Notes under the pieces: generated by a model | Seen by the model: only the letters and a program-made list of their open reading frames with translations | Told to the model about the DNA's origin: nothing | Databases searched by the model: none | Made by a program: the position numbers and the translations under genes | NCBI GenBank assembly: GCA_046538755.1 | Contig: JBKHIH010000008.1 | Coordinates: 15,115-79,114, forward strand | Source: Thiohalospira sp. | Lineage (GTDB): Bacteria; Bacteroidota; Bacteroidia; Bacteroidales; UBA12077 | Reading direction: 5' to 3' | DNA: 64,000 nucleotides | Shown here: positions 29,791-39,420 of the stretch, one piece after another | How the letters are laid out: each line of letters begins with the position of its first letter | Numbering within the stretch: the stretch's first letter is position 1

Positions 29791-29823
29791 AAGCGTCCCG
29801 GGAAATTTCGAGGCGCTTTTTTT
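29791..29823 (+). terminator. Tyr/Phe attenuator terminator 2
   Basis: AAGCGTCCCGGG-AAAT-TTCGAGGCGCTTTTTTT (one C-A mismatch plus G-U pairs), ending 12 nt before the pheA ATG. Confidence 0.8.
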
Positions 29824-29835
29824 ATTTAATACGCT

Positions 29836-30705
29836 ATGAAAATTAGTATACAAGGAATAAAAGGCTCTTTTCACGAAGAAGCAGCAAGAAATTATTTTAT
29901 ACATGACATAACAATAGTCCCCAATATTACTTTCAACGATGTAATAACCTCAGTTATTAGCGGAGAATCTGATCTCGGAATTGTAGCCATTGAGAATACG
30001 CTTTCTGGAACCATCCATTCCAACCTCAATTTAATCAGACAATCCGGATTAAAAATAACAGGCGAAGAATACCTCTCCATTCATCAAAATCTCATTGCCC
30101 TTCCCGGAACCAAAATTGAGGATATTAAACAGGTTTTTTCCCATTACATGGCTATAAATCAATGCAGGAGTTTTTTTCAAAAATACCCTCAAATAAAACT
30201 TGTTGAGTCAGAAGATACTGCATTAAGTATTCGAACAATCGCTGATAAAAAGCTCAAAAACATTGCTGCCATTGGAAGTAAATTGGCTGCAGGCTACTAT
30301 AGAATGGATATTATTTCCCCAAATATAGAAACACACCAAAAAAATTATACCCGATTCTTAATTCTGGATAAAAAAATCAAAAAACAAAATTTCAACAAAG
30401 CTTCGTTAGCGTTTACCCTGCCCCACCGTAAAGGTAGTTTGGCTTATATTCTCAATATCATTGCTTTTAACGAAGTTAATCTGACAAAAATTGAATCTGT
30501 ACCCATTATTGGTGAACCATGGCATTATTTATTCTATATAGATGTTCAACTGAATGAAACGGAGCTTTACTTTCAAATGCTCCATACAATTAAAACCATA
30601 ACCGATAATCTGATAATTTTAGGCCAGTATGATTCAGGAATTCAATCGTTTAACCAAATACACAATTTACATTATGAAACCAGCAAACAGAATTGCAAAT
30701 CTTAA
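29836..30705 (+). CDS. pheA: Prephenate dehydratase with ACT domain
   Basis: Motifs QGIKGSFHE, AIENTLSG, SHYMAINQC, NYTRF and NLTKIES. Confidence 0.93.
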   Translation: MKISIQGIKGSFHEEAARNYFIHDITIVPNITFNDVITSVISGESDLGIVAIENTLSGTIHSNLNLIRQSGLKITGEEYLSIHQNLIALPGTKIEDIKQVFSHYMAINQCRSFFQKYPQIKLVESEDTALSIRTIADKKLKNIAAIGSKLAAGYYRMDIISPNIETHQKNYTRFLILDKKIKKQNFNKASLAFTLPHRKGSLAYILNIIAFNEVNLTKIESVPIIGEPWHYLFYIDVQLNETELYFQMLHTIKTITDNLIILGQYDSGIQSFNQIHNLHYETSKQNCKS

Positions 30706-31846
30706 TGCTTATTACTTTTCGAAAAAACTCGAAGAAGTAAGAAAGTTGCAAAACCAGGGAATGCATATAATTAACCTGGGAATCGGGAGTCCGGATTTGC
30801 CACCACATCCCGATGTTCTTAAAATACTGAACGAATCGGCACAATTGCCTGAAAATAATGGTTATCAACCCTATCGCGGACTAACAGAGTTGCGAAAAGC
30901 ATTTAGTGAATGGTACAAAAATATTTATCAGGTTGAGATAAATCCCGATACGCAAATTCTTCCTTTAATGGGTTCAAAAGAAGGTATCATGCATATCTCC
31001 ATGGCATTTTGTAATCCGGGAGACCGTGTTTTAATTCCAAATCCGGGCTATCCGGCATACACATCGGTATCAAAACTTTTAAATCTTGATATCCAATATT
31101 ATCAACTGACTGAAAAAAATCAGTGGTTGCCGGATTTCAACGAATTGGAAGAGCTATGCAACGATACCTGCAAAATAGTCTGGATAAACTATCCACACAT
31201 GCCAACCGGAAAAATTGCAACTACCGTTGAGCTTAAAAAGATAGCAGACTGGGCTAAATACCGAAATATAATGTTAGTAAATGATAATCCTTACAGTTTG
31301 ATATTAAATAATAAACCGGCAAGCATATTATCATTTTTAGATGACTATAATAATTTAATTGAGCTAAACTCATTGAGCAAATCGCACAATATGGCAGGCT
31401 GGCGTTTAGGCATGTTAGGCGTATCAGAAGAAAATATGAATCATATTTTAAAAGTAAAAACCAATTTCGATTCCGGCATGTACAAGCCTATCCAGTTGGC
31501 TGCAGCCAAAGCTTTAAGATTGGATAAAAAGTGGTATACAAAATTAAACAAGGAGTATTCGGAAAGGAGAAAGCTTGTATGGCAAATACTCGATAAGTTG
31601 GAATGTCAATATTCTATGGAAGGTGCCGGGTTGTTTGTATGGGCAAAAATACCTTATAGCTTTTCTAATTGCTATGAATTTGCTGATTACCTTTTATATA
31701 CAATAGGCATTTTTGCAGCTCCCGGACATATTTTTGGGGATAATGGCAGCAAATATATCCGATTTTCATTGTGTGCAAGCCAACAAACATTGGAACAGGC
31801 ACTTAATAGAGTTATTGAATTAAAACACAAAACATTATGCGAATAA
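30674..31846 (+). CDS. PLP-dependent class I/II aminotransferase (aromatic amino acid operon)
   Basis: Motifs INLGIGSPD, GSKEGIMH, NYPHMPTG, DNPY and NSLSKSHNMAGWR. Start moved from 30629 to MKPANR at 30674. Confidence 0.9.
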   Translation: MKPANRIANLNAYYFSKKLEEVRKLQNQGMHIINLGIGSPDLPPHPDVLKILNESAQLPENNGYQPYRGLTELRKAFSEWYKNIYQVEINPDTQILPLMGSKEGIMHISMAFCNPGDRVLIPNPGYPAYTSVSKLLNLDIQYYQLTEKNQWLPDFNELEELCNDTCKIVWINYPHMPTGKIATTVELKKIADWAKYRNIMLVNDNPYSLILNNKPASILSFLDDYNNLIELNSLSKSHNMAGWRLGMLGVSEENMNHILKVKTNFDSGMYKPIQLAAAKALRLDKKWYTKLNKEYSERRKLVWQILDKLECQYSMEGAGLFVWAKIPYSFSNCYEFADYLLYTIGIFAAPGHIFGDNGSKYIRFSLCASQQTLEQALNRVIELKHKTLCE

Positions 31847-32673
31847 GTATTATCGGTTTAGGCTTAATTGGTGGTTCAATGGCAATAGATTTGCGCAAAC
31901 GTGGTTTTGCAAAAAAAATCACAGGTGTTGAAACAAATCATTTGCATGCACATACAGCATTAAATATTGGACTGGTTGATGAGATTTTAGAATTAAATGA
32001 AGCGATAGAAAACTCCGATTTAATCATAATGGCTATTCCGGCCAATGAAACCATCAACTTATTACCAAAAATACTCGATCAGGTTGATTATCAGATCGTA
32101 ACTGATACCTGCTCTATTAAAGGGAATATTAGCGAGAGAATTAGATATCATAATAAAAGAGCAAACTATGTGGCATCGCATCCTATGGCAGGGACAGAGC
32201 ATTCAGGACCATGGGCTGCACAGCCAGGATTATTCGACGGAAAGGCTATCATCTTTTGTGATGCTGAAGACAGCAGTGAACATGCTTTATCAACCATAAA
32301 AAAAATGTACGAATACCTGAATATGCGCCCATTGTATATGAATGCATATAATCATGATGTACATGTCGCTTATGTTTCACATATATCTCATATCAGCTCT
32401 TTTGCTTTGGCTTTAACAGTTTTAGACAAAGAGAAGAATGAAAAAAATATTTTCAACCTTGCAAGTGGAGGCTTCGATTCAACTGTGCGCCTTGCAAAAA
32501 GCTCTGCAGATATGTGGTCTAGCATCTTTGAAAATAATGCAGAAAATGTAATTTCTGTATTAGATACCTACATTGAAAAACTGAATGATTTTAAAAAGGC
32601 TATCAATGAAAGTAATACAAACAAAATGAACGAATTGATTAATAAAGCAAACCATATAAAAAAGATTTTATGA
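31837..32673 (+). CDS. tyrA: Prephenate dehydrogenase
   Basis: Rossmann motif IIGLGLIGGS, plus HPMAGTE, HD...AYVSHISH and STVRLA. Confidence 0.94.
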   Translation: MRISIIGLGLIGGSMAIDLRKRGFAKKITGVETNHLHAHTALNIGLVDEILELNEAIENSDLIIMAIPANETINLLPKILDQVDYQIVTDTCSIKGNISERIRYHNKRANYVASHPMAGTEHSGPWAAQPGLFDGKAIIFCDAEDSSEHALSTIKKMYEYLNMRPLYMNAYNHDVHVAYVSHISHISSFALALTVLDKEKNEKNIFNLASGGFDSTVRLAKSSADMWSSIFENNAENVISVLDTYIEKLNDFKKAINESNTNKMNELINKANHIKKIL

Positions 32674-33797
32674 TTATGGAATCAACAATAAAAATTAAGA
32701 AAATAAATGAATGGGATATTCGCAACCATGAGAAACCAATCATTATCTCAGGGCCTTGCAGTGCTGAAACAGAAGAACAGGTTATGCAAACAGCAAGAAA
32801 ATTAAGAGATAATGGCGTAACAATTTTTAGAGCAGGAATATGGAAACCCAGAACCCGACCAAATTCATTCGAAGGAGTTGGATCTGCCGGACTGGAATGG
32901 CTTAAAAAGGTTAAAACAGAAACTGGAATGCTGGTTTCTACCGAAGTAGCCAATGTAAAACATGTTTATGAATCGTTAAAAACGGGAATTGATATCTTAT
33001 GGATTGGTGCAAGAACAACAGCTAACCCTTTTGCTATTCAGGAAATTGCCGATGCCCTTAAAGGATTAAATATTCCAATTCTGATAAAAAATCCTGTAAA
33101 TCCGGATGTTGAATTATGGCTTGGAGCAATTGAACGTTTTTTCAATGCAGGAATTACAAATATTGGAGCCATTCATCGCGGTTTTTCCAGTTTTGAAAAA
33201 AGCATTTACCGGAATATTCCCCAATGGCAAATTCCTATTGAATTAAAAACCAGAATTCCTGATATCCCGTTAATATGTGATCCAAGCCATATTGCAGGCA
33301 AAAGATCTTTGCTAAAAGAAATATCTCAAAAAGCGATGGACCTGAATTTTGATGGATTAATGATTGAGTCGCATATTGAGCCTTACAAAGCCTGGAGCGA
33401 TGCTAAACAACAGATTACACCCGAAGTTTTAAAGAATCTTTTAAATGATTTAATATACAAACAAGAAGCCCCCAAAGGGATATCTTATGAAACGCTTGAT
33501 GATTTGCGATTTAGAATTGATCAGTGCGATGATGAGATTCTGAAAATATTGGAAAAAAGAATGAAACTAGTGCACTCTATTGGTTTATACAAAAAAGATA
33601 ATAACATGACTATTTTGCAGCCCAACCGATGGGATAAAATTTTAAAAAGAAATGTTGATAAAGGTTTACAAAGAAAATTAAAGCCTGATTTTGTTACCAA
33701 AATCTTCAAAACAATCCATCAGGAATCAATAAATGAGCAAACCAAGATAATGAATTATAAAGTTGAGATTAAGGCTAAGGCTAAGGCTAAGAGTTAG
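32670..33797 (+). CDS. Bifunctional DAHP synthase (type I-beta) / chorismate mutase
   Basis: Motifs GPCSAE, WKPRTRP, WIGART and DPSH, followed by the AroQ-like LRFRIDQCD...KRM...IG.YKK. Confidence 0.93.
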   Translation: MIMESTIKIKKINEWDIRNHEKPIIISGPCSAETEEQVMQTARKLRDNGVTIFRAGIWKPRTRPNSFEGVGSAGLEWLKKVKTETGMLVSTEVANVKHVYESLKTGIDILWIGARTTANPFAIQEIADALKGLNIPILIKNPVNPDVELWLGAIERFFNAGITNIGAIHRGFSSFEKSIYRNIPQWQIPIELKTRIPDIPLICDPSHIAGKRSLLKEISQKAMDLNFDGLMIESHIEPYKAWSDAKQQITPEVLKNLLNDLIYKQEAPKGISYETLDDLRFRIDQCDDEILKILEKRMKLVHSIGLYKKDNNMTILQPNRWDKILKRNVDKGLQRKLKPDFVTKIFKTIHQESINEQTKIMNYKVEIKAKAKAKS

Positions 33798-33826
33798 GTT
33801 TAATTATAATTTTTTATTCCAAAAAA

Positions 33827-35347
33827 CTATTTTAATCTCAACTCATATAAATCGGTACGGCGGTCGCGCATATTTTTAACACTTCCGTAGCGGTTTAATT
33901 CAGCAATTAGGTCCAAATCTACATCAACTACCAAAATCATTTCGGTATTGGGCGTTGTTTCGGCTTTTATTCCATTGATAGGAAATGAAAAATCGCAAGG
34001 TGTAAAAACACCAGATTGAGCATATTGAATATCCATGTTATGAACTTTAGGCAAGTTTCCAACAGCTCCTGCAATAGCCACATAACACTCATTTTCGATA
34101 GCTCTTGCTTGAGCACAACTACGAACTCTGGAGTATCCATTTTGAGTATCTGTTAAGAAAGGCACAAATAAAATTTTCATCCCATCTTGTGCGAGAATTC
34201 TCGATAACTCGGGAAATTCAACATCATAACAAATTAGTACACCAACAGGGCCACAATCAGTCTTAAAAACTTCAATTTTTTTACCACCCTTTACGCCCCA
34301 ATATTTCATTTCATCAGAAGTTACATGTATCTTTTCATATTGCTCGTACGTACCATTACGACGAACTAAATAACCAATATTATATAATGTATCGTCAATT
34401 ATATAAGGCATACTTCCGGTAATGATATTCACATTATAACTAATAGCAAGTTTTAAAAAACGTTCTAACATCTCATCGGTATAAGTCGCTAGCTCACGGA
34501 TGGCCTCGGGTTCTGACAAATGATTATACTTAGCCATTAATGGAGCATTAAAAAATTCAGGGAACATTGCAAAATCGCTTTTATATCCCGAAACAGCATC
34601 AACAAAAAATTCAACTTGTTCAAAAAGCTCATCAACCGTTTTGTATTGACGCATTTGCCATTGAATCAACCCCAGCCTGACAACTGATTTTTGAGTAGAT
34701 AGTTTTTTTGTTTTCTTCGTATAATAAATATTATCCCACTCGAGTAAAACAGCATAGCTTTTTGATTCCTCATCACCAGGCATATAATCAGTAAGTATCT
34801 TTTTAACATGGAAATCGTTTGCTAATTGAAATGTTAATGTTGGATCGAATATCTCTTTTAATTTGACTTTTTGAATATATTCTTTGGGTGAAAGCTCTTT
34901 TTCATATTTATGATAAAAGGGGATTCGCCCGCCAAAAACAACTGCCTTTAAATTAAATTGCTCGCATAATTCTTTCCTGGCATCGTATAATCTTCGTCCT
35001 AATCGTAATCCACGGAACTCAGGTTTAATAAAAATTTCAATTCCATAAAGGACATCACCTTTAGGATTATGGGTATTAAATGTATAATTTCCTGTAATTT
35101 CTTTATAGGTATGTTCATCTCCAAAATGATCATACATAATAATTATGGAAAGGGCACTGCCAACAACCACTCCATTAACAACAACAGCAATTTGTCCTTC
35201 AGGAAATACTTCAAGTAATTTTTGCAAGTGAGATTCCTTCCAGTATGCCCCAGGCCAATTAGGATAAGCCTCCTTCATAGAAGATCTTAATTCCTGGTAA
35301 TCAGAAATTTTTAAGTACCTTATTTCAATAGATTCGATTTCTTGCAT
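33827..35347 (-). CDS. GNAT acetyltransferase / carbon-nitrogen hydrolase fusion
   Basis: N-terminal FRGLRLGRRLY; C-terminal FPEFF, YEKIH and ICYDVEFPE (nitrilase-fold triad). Confidence 0.92.
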   Translation of the reverse strand: MQEIESIEIRYLKISDYQELRSSMKEAYPNWPGAYWKESHLQKLLEVFPEGQIAVVVNGVVVGSALSIIIMYDHFGDEHTYKEITGNYTFNTHNPKGDVLYGIEIFIKPEFRGLRLGRRLYDARKELCEQFNLKAVVFGGRIPFYHKYEKELSPKEYIQKVKLKEIFDPTLTFQLANDFHVKKILTDYMPGDEESKSYAVLLEWDNIYYTKKTKKLSTQKSVVRLGLIQWQMRQYKTVDELFEQVEFFVDAVSGYKSDFAMFPEFFNAPLMAKYNHLSEPEAIRELATYTDEMLERFLKLAISYNVNIITGSMPYIIDDTLYNIGYLVRRNGTYEQYEKIHVTSDEMKYWGVKGGKKIEVFKTDCGPVGVLICYDVEFPELSRILAQDGMKILFVPFLTDTQNGYSRVRSCAQARAIENECYVAIAGAVGNLPKVHNMDIQYAQSGVFTPCDFSFPINGIKAETTPNTEMILVVDVDLDLIAELNRYGSVKNMRDRRTDLYELRLK

Positions 35348-35441
35348 TTACATTTTTATCTAAAAATACATAATTAAATGATAAAACAGAACGGGAAAGA
35401 AACAAATTTATTCACCCTAAAATAATAAATACAAAAATTAT

Positions 35442-36257
35442 TTATTTAGTTTTTTGTTTTACAATAAACCAGGGATTTAAAAGATCTTTTTTATTATATA
35501 TCAGAGGTGTTTTTTCATCATTCTCCATAATTTCACAACCTGCATATAAGGCAATAGCATGTCCGGCAGCTGTATCCCATTCCATCGTTGGAGCAAACCG
35601 CGGATAAATATCTGCTCTGCCTTCGGCTACCATTACAATTTTTAAAGAGCTGCCTTTCGAGATAAACTCAATATCTCCATATTGTTTTTTTAACTTATTA
35701 ATAAATTGCTCCGTGTCTTCATTCATATGCGAGCGGCTTCCAACCACTGTATATTTATCTTTTTTACTAAATACTGGGAGTTTTTGAGATAAAACAATCA
35801 ATTTATCCAATTTGATATCATCAATATCTATATTAAACACTGAAGTTTTATATGCACCAACATCTTTTAAAGCAAAATATAAATCATTAAGATACGGAGC
35901 ATAAACTACACCACCCACTGGTATTCCATGATAGATAAGTGCAATATTAACTGTAAACTCTCCATTTCTTTTAATAAATTCTTTAGTGCCATCGAGAGGG
36001 TCAACTAACCAGTAGTATTCCCACTTAGATCTTTCCTCAAAAGCAATATCTTTTCCTTCTTCGCTAAGAATTGGGATATTTGTTGGTTCAAGCATATCAA
36101 CTATTACTTCATGAGCACGTTTATCGGCAAGGGTAAGTGGAGAATCGTCTGATTTTATTTTTATCTCAAAATCATTTGAATTGTAAACCCCAAGAATTTC
36201 TTTTCCTGCTTTAAAAGCAGCTTTTACAGCGATAGTAATAAATTCATCTTTCTTCAT
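35442..36257 (-). CDS. cysQ: 3'(2'),5'-bisphosphate nucleotidase
   Basis: Motifs DDSPLTLAD, LSEE, DPLDGTKEF, SRSH, GSSLK and EWDTAAGHA. Confidence 0.95.
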   Translation of the reverse strand: MKKDEFITIAVKAAFKAGKEILGVYNSNDFEIKIKSDDSPLTLADKRAHEVIVDMLEPTNIPILSEEGKDIAFEERSKWEYYWLVDPLDGTKEFIKRNGEFTVNIALIYHGIPVGGVVYAPYLNDLYFALKDVGAYKTSVFNIDIDDIKLDKLIVLSQKLPVFSKKDKYTVVGSRSHMNEDTEQFINKLKKQYGDIEFISKGSSLKIVMVAEGRADIYPRFAPTMEWDTAAGHAIALYAGCEIMENDEKTPLIYNKKDLLNPWFIVKQKTK

Positions 36258-36269
36258 AAAATCAAATCT

Positions 36270-38048
36270 TTAAAAGTAAACCAAGTGTAAAATAAAAACC
36301 GTAACTACCATATAAATCATCGTTAATGGAAATCCAACCCTAAAAAAATCTTTAAAGGAATATCCACCAGGGCCATAAACCATTAAGTTGGTTTGATATC
36401 CGTGGGGAGTTATAAAGTTTGCAGCAGCAGCAAAAGAAACAACCAAAACAAAAGGGATAGGATTTAATTCAAGATTCGAAGCCATGGTAAGAGATATAGG
36501 AAATATTATTGCTACCGCTGCGATATTTGTAATATATGCAGCAAGAAAAGCAGTAATTATATAAATACCAAAAAGTAAACCAACCTTGCCAAGCGGAAGA
36601 AAAATATTAATAATAAAATCTGCAATTAACTCGGCTGCATTAGATTTTATCATTGCAGTGCCTAATGCAAGAGCCATCACAATAATTAATGCCAAATTAT
36701 AATCAATAGCCTTGGAAAGTTCTTTTGGATGTGCTATTTTCATGGAAAATAAAACCATAAGTAACACAATTAATCCCATAAAGAGTGAAACAATTTTAAA
36801 GGCAGCTAGAAAAATAACGGCTACTATACCTCCTAGCAAAGTCCATGTTTTATAAGCTTCAAGCTTTTTAAAGTCTTTAACTTTAGAAATAAAATAAAAA
36901 TCCTGGGTATGATTCGAACGGCTAACAAAATCGGCTCCGGTAAATAATAATAAAACATCACCAGGTTTTATAACAATATCGCCTATTTTACCCGAAATTC
37001 TTTCTCCGTTTCGATGGACAGCAATTACAGCTGCATCATATTTTGCCCTAAAACGAATTTCTTTAACCGTTTTATTAATCATAGATGAATTATGCGAAAT
37101 AACAATTTCCACTACTTCGGTTTGTTTTTTCTTATATAACATACCAACAGAAGGCAGCCTTAAACCGATATCGGAATTAATCATGTCGGCGATTGTTTCA
37201 GTATCGCCAGCAAATATTAGAAGATCATCTTGTTGTAAAATAATATTAGGTTTAACGGAGGCAATCTTAAACGACTTTCGAATGATTTCAACTAAAAACA
37301 AACCTTTTAAATTTCTTAATCCAGCTTCTTCTATGGTTTTCCCTATAAGTTTTGAGTTTTTTCGAATCTCTGCTTCAACCAAATATTCCCGGGTATTTTT
37401 AGAGAAATCATCAATAATGTCATGCTTTGAAGGGAGTAATTTTTCGCCAAAAAATAACAGATATAAAAAACCTATAATAATCATTGGCACACCAACATAA
37501 GCAAAATCAAAAATATTTAATGATTTCAGTTCAGGAATTATCTTTTGGTCAACCACCAACCCATTTACAATCAGGTTGGTTGAAGTACCGATTAATGTTG
37601 CACAACCACCCAATATTGCTGCATATGATAAAGGCATTAAAAATTTTGAAGGAGAAATATTATTTTTTTTGCACCATGAATTAACATATGGCATCATAAC
37701 TGCCACTAACGGGGTATTATTTAGAAATGCAGAAAAACTAGAAATGATAAGAGTCATTCGGCTTAAAAATCCTCTATAACTTTTAGCTGATTTAAAAATC
37801 CTATCAAATAATATTTCTACTACACCTGTTTGTCTGATAGTATCACCAATTAAAAGCAATAATATAATTACAGCAACCTGTTCATTAGCAAAACCGCTTA
37901 TAATTTCGCGAGGTGTTAGAATACCAAAAAATCCCAAAGTTACAACGGCTATCACAAAAGTAAAAGTAGCACCTAACAGTTCCTGATATAAAGAAAACAG
38001 TATAAATAAAATAACAACAAAAACTACAATTAACTCAAATGTTAACAT
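36270..38048 (-). CDS. SLC13/CitMHS-type permease with TrkA-C domains (sulfate/carboxylate transporter)
   Basis: Motifs SAFLNNTP, GGCATLIGTSTN, two TrkA-C repeats and TPHGYQTNLMVYGPGGY. Start placed at MLTFEL instead of the TTG at 38102. Confidence 0.88.
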   Translation of the reverse strand: MLTFELIVVFVVILFILFSLYQELLGATFTFVIAVVTLGFFGILTPREIISGFANEQVAVIILLLLIGDTIRQTGVVEILFDRIFKSAKSYRGFLSRMTLIISSFSAFLNNTPLVAVMMPYVNSWCKKNNISPSKFLMPLSYAAILGGCATLIGTSTNLIVNGLVVDQKIIPELKSLNIFDFAYVGVPMIIIGFLYLLFFGEKLLPSKHDIIDDFSKNTREYLVEAEIRKNSKLIGKTIEEAGLRNLKGLFLVEIIRKSFKIASVKPNIILQQDDLLIFAGDTETIADMINSDIGLRLPSVGMLYKKKQTEVVEIVISHNSSMINKTVKEIRFRAKYDAAVIAVHRNGERISGKIGDIVIKPGDVLLLFTGADFVSRSNHTQDFYFISKVKDFKKLEAYKTWTLLGGIVAVIFLAAFKIVSLFMGLIVLLMVLFSMKIAHPKELSKAIDYNLALIIVMALALGTAMIKSNAAELIADFIINIFLPLGKVGLLFGIYIITAFLAAYITNIAAVAIIFPISLTMASNLELNPIPFVLVVSFAAAANFITPHGYQTNLMVYGPGGYSFKDFFRVGFPLTMIYMVVTVFILHLVYF

Positions 38049-38135
38049 TATATCAAGTTGTTTAAATAACATGAGCTTTATCAAGCTTTTAAAACTTAAC
38101 AAAGCTCATATTTAATATATTATTTTAGAAAAAAA

Positions 38136-38181
38136 CCTTTATTCATATTTTTATAACTTAAAACAAAAATATAAATAAAGG
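38136..38181 (-). terminator. Probable terminator after the small T9SS-cargo gene
   Basis: Minus strand CCTTTATTTATATTTTT...AAAAATATGAATAAAGG followed by a T-run. Confidence 0.55.
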
Positions 38182-38211
38182 GCTATTGTACAAAGAAACG
38201 AAAAGATATTT

Positions 38212-38703
38212 CTATCGTTTCACAATTTTATAGGTTTGCAATAACGCTCCAGATTTATCAGATACCTTTAAAATGTATTGTGATGAGGCTAACCCCTCAA
38301 GGTTGATTTTAAATGGGGCTTCAATGTATTGCCATTGTTCGTTTAAAACCATTTTACCATCCAAATCATACAGTTCGATTAAGGCAGATTTAATCTCGTC
38401 GGATTCAATTGAAATGTAAATATATTCAGTAGCTGGATTAGGATAAACTTCTAATTCGACATTACTAAGCATTGGATCTTCAATAGAAGTAATTTCAAAA
38501 TATCCATGCTGAAATCCCTGATTTAGAGTAACAGAAGATGACTCAAGGGTTTCGATTGCAATTTCGCCTAAAGTCCAACTAACACCTAATTCTGAAGTTT
38601 CAGAATTTTCTCCTGCTGTTGCTATAACCTGTGAGGATATACTTTGTCCAAAAGAATTTCCAACTAGGAAACTGGCAACAAAAAATAATATTATTTTTTT
38701 CAT
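38212..38703 (-). CDS. Small secreted protein with T9SS type-A C-terminal sorting domain
   Basis: Signal peptide, SWTLGE...LNQGFQ, VYPNP...YDLDGK...YILKV and terminal KIVKR. Confidence 0.88.
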   Translation of the reverse strand: MKKIILFFVASFLVGNSFGQSISSQVIATAGENSETSELGVSWTLGEIAIETLESSSVTLNQGFQHGYFEITSIEDPMLSNVELEVYPNPATEYIYISIESDEIKSALIELYDLDGKMVLNEQWQYIEAPFKINLEGLASSQYILKVSDKSGALLQTYKIVKR

Positions 38704-38765
38704 GATTCCGGGTTTTTTATGATTGTTTAAATATACAAAATTAAAAAGTCAAATTCAATATGCTG

Positions 38766-39335
38766 TTACATACCAAGTCTCTTTTTTAATTTAACTGAAA
38801 TCTGATTAAAAAGAATTTGTGGCGATAAACTCCGCCAGTTGAAATGATCAAATTCATTGCTAAATGCGATATAATAATCAATATTATTATTAACGAACTC
38901 ATTTTTTACATGGGGTTGAAAATTAATACCTATAATCCAACCTTCGGAAATATCATCAAACCATTCTTCATAATATGAATCATCCGAGGCATGAAAATTT
39001 AAGATATTCTCACCAATTAAAATAAATTTATCAATGCCATAGTTAACTAAATGATCAATTATTTCACGCTTTAAAAACATAATGTCATTGTACAAAGTAT
39101 CATTCCACTCACCTAAAAATTCAATAATAGTAAAACCTTTTTCATAATCAGTAAACAAAATTTTAAGGTATAATGTTTCCGAACCAAAATCATCCCACTG
39201 AGGATGAATTAAATAATTATAAATGGCATGCGTAAATTCAAATTCACTATATATTCTTCCATAAAAGGGAGAACGCTCATCCTCTGATGCAATATAATAC
39301 TTACGCCATGAATAAAAGGGTTCAAGAAGATGCAT
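38766..39335 (-). CDS. Conserved hypothetical Bacteroidota protein
   Basis: 189-aa ORF (EPFYSWR..Y, IYNYLIHPQWDDFGSETLY); function unknown. Confidence 0.75.
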   Translation of the reverse strand: MHLLEPFYSWRKYYIASEDERSPFYGRIYSEFEFTHAIYNYLIHPQWDDFGSETLYLKILFTDYEKGFTIIEFLGEWNDTLYNDIMFLKREIIDHLVNYGIDKFILIGENILNFHASDDSYYEEWFDDISEGWIIGINFQPHVKNEFVNNNIDYYIAFSNEFDHFNWRSLSPQILFNQISVKLKKRLGM

Positions 39336-39420
39336 AACATTTTACCTCAAATATTTTAAAATTATTGTTAATCAATAAAAATAATCTTTATTTTTACATA
39401 AATTTAAAATCTTCATTGCT

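Noticed and set aside
38071-38109. ATGAGCTTT/AAAGCTCAT inverted repeat upstream of the SLC13 permease
   Set aside because: A single 9-bp AT-rich repeat with no second copy or adjacent regulator; not enough to call an operator or RNA element.
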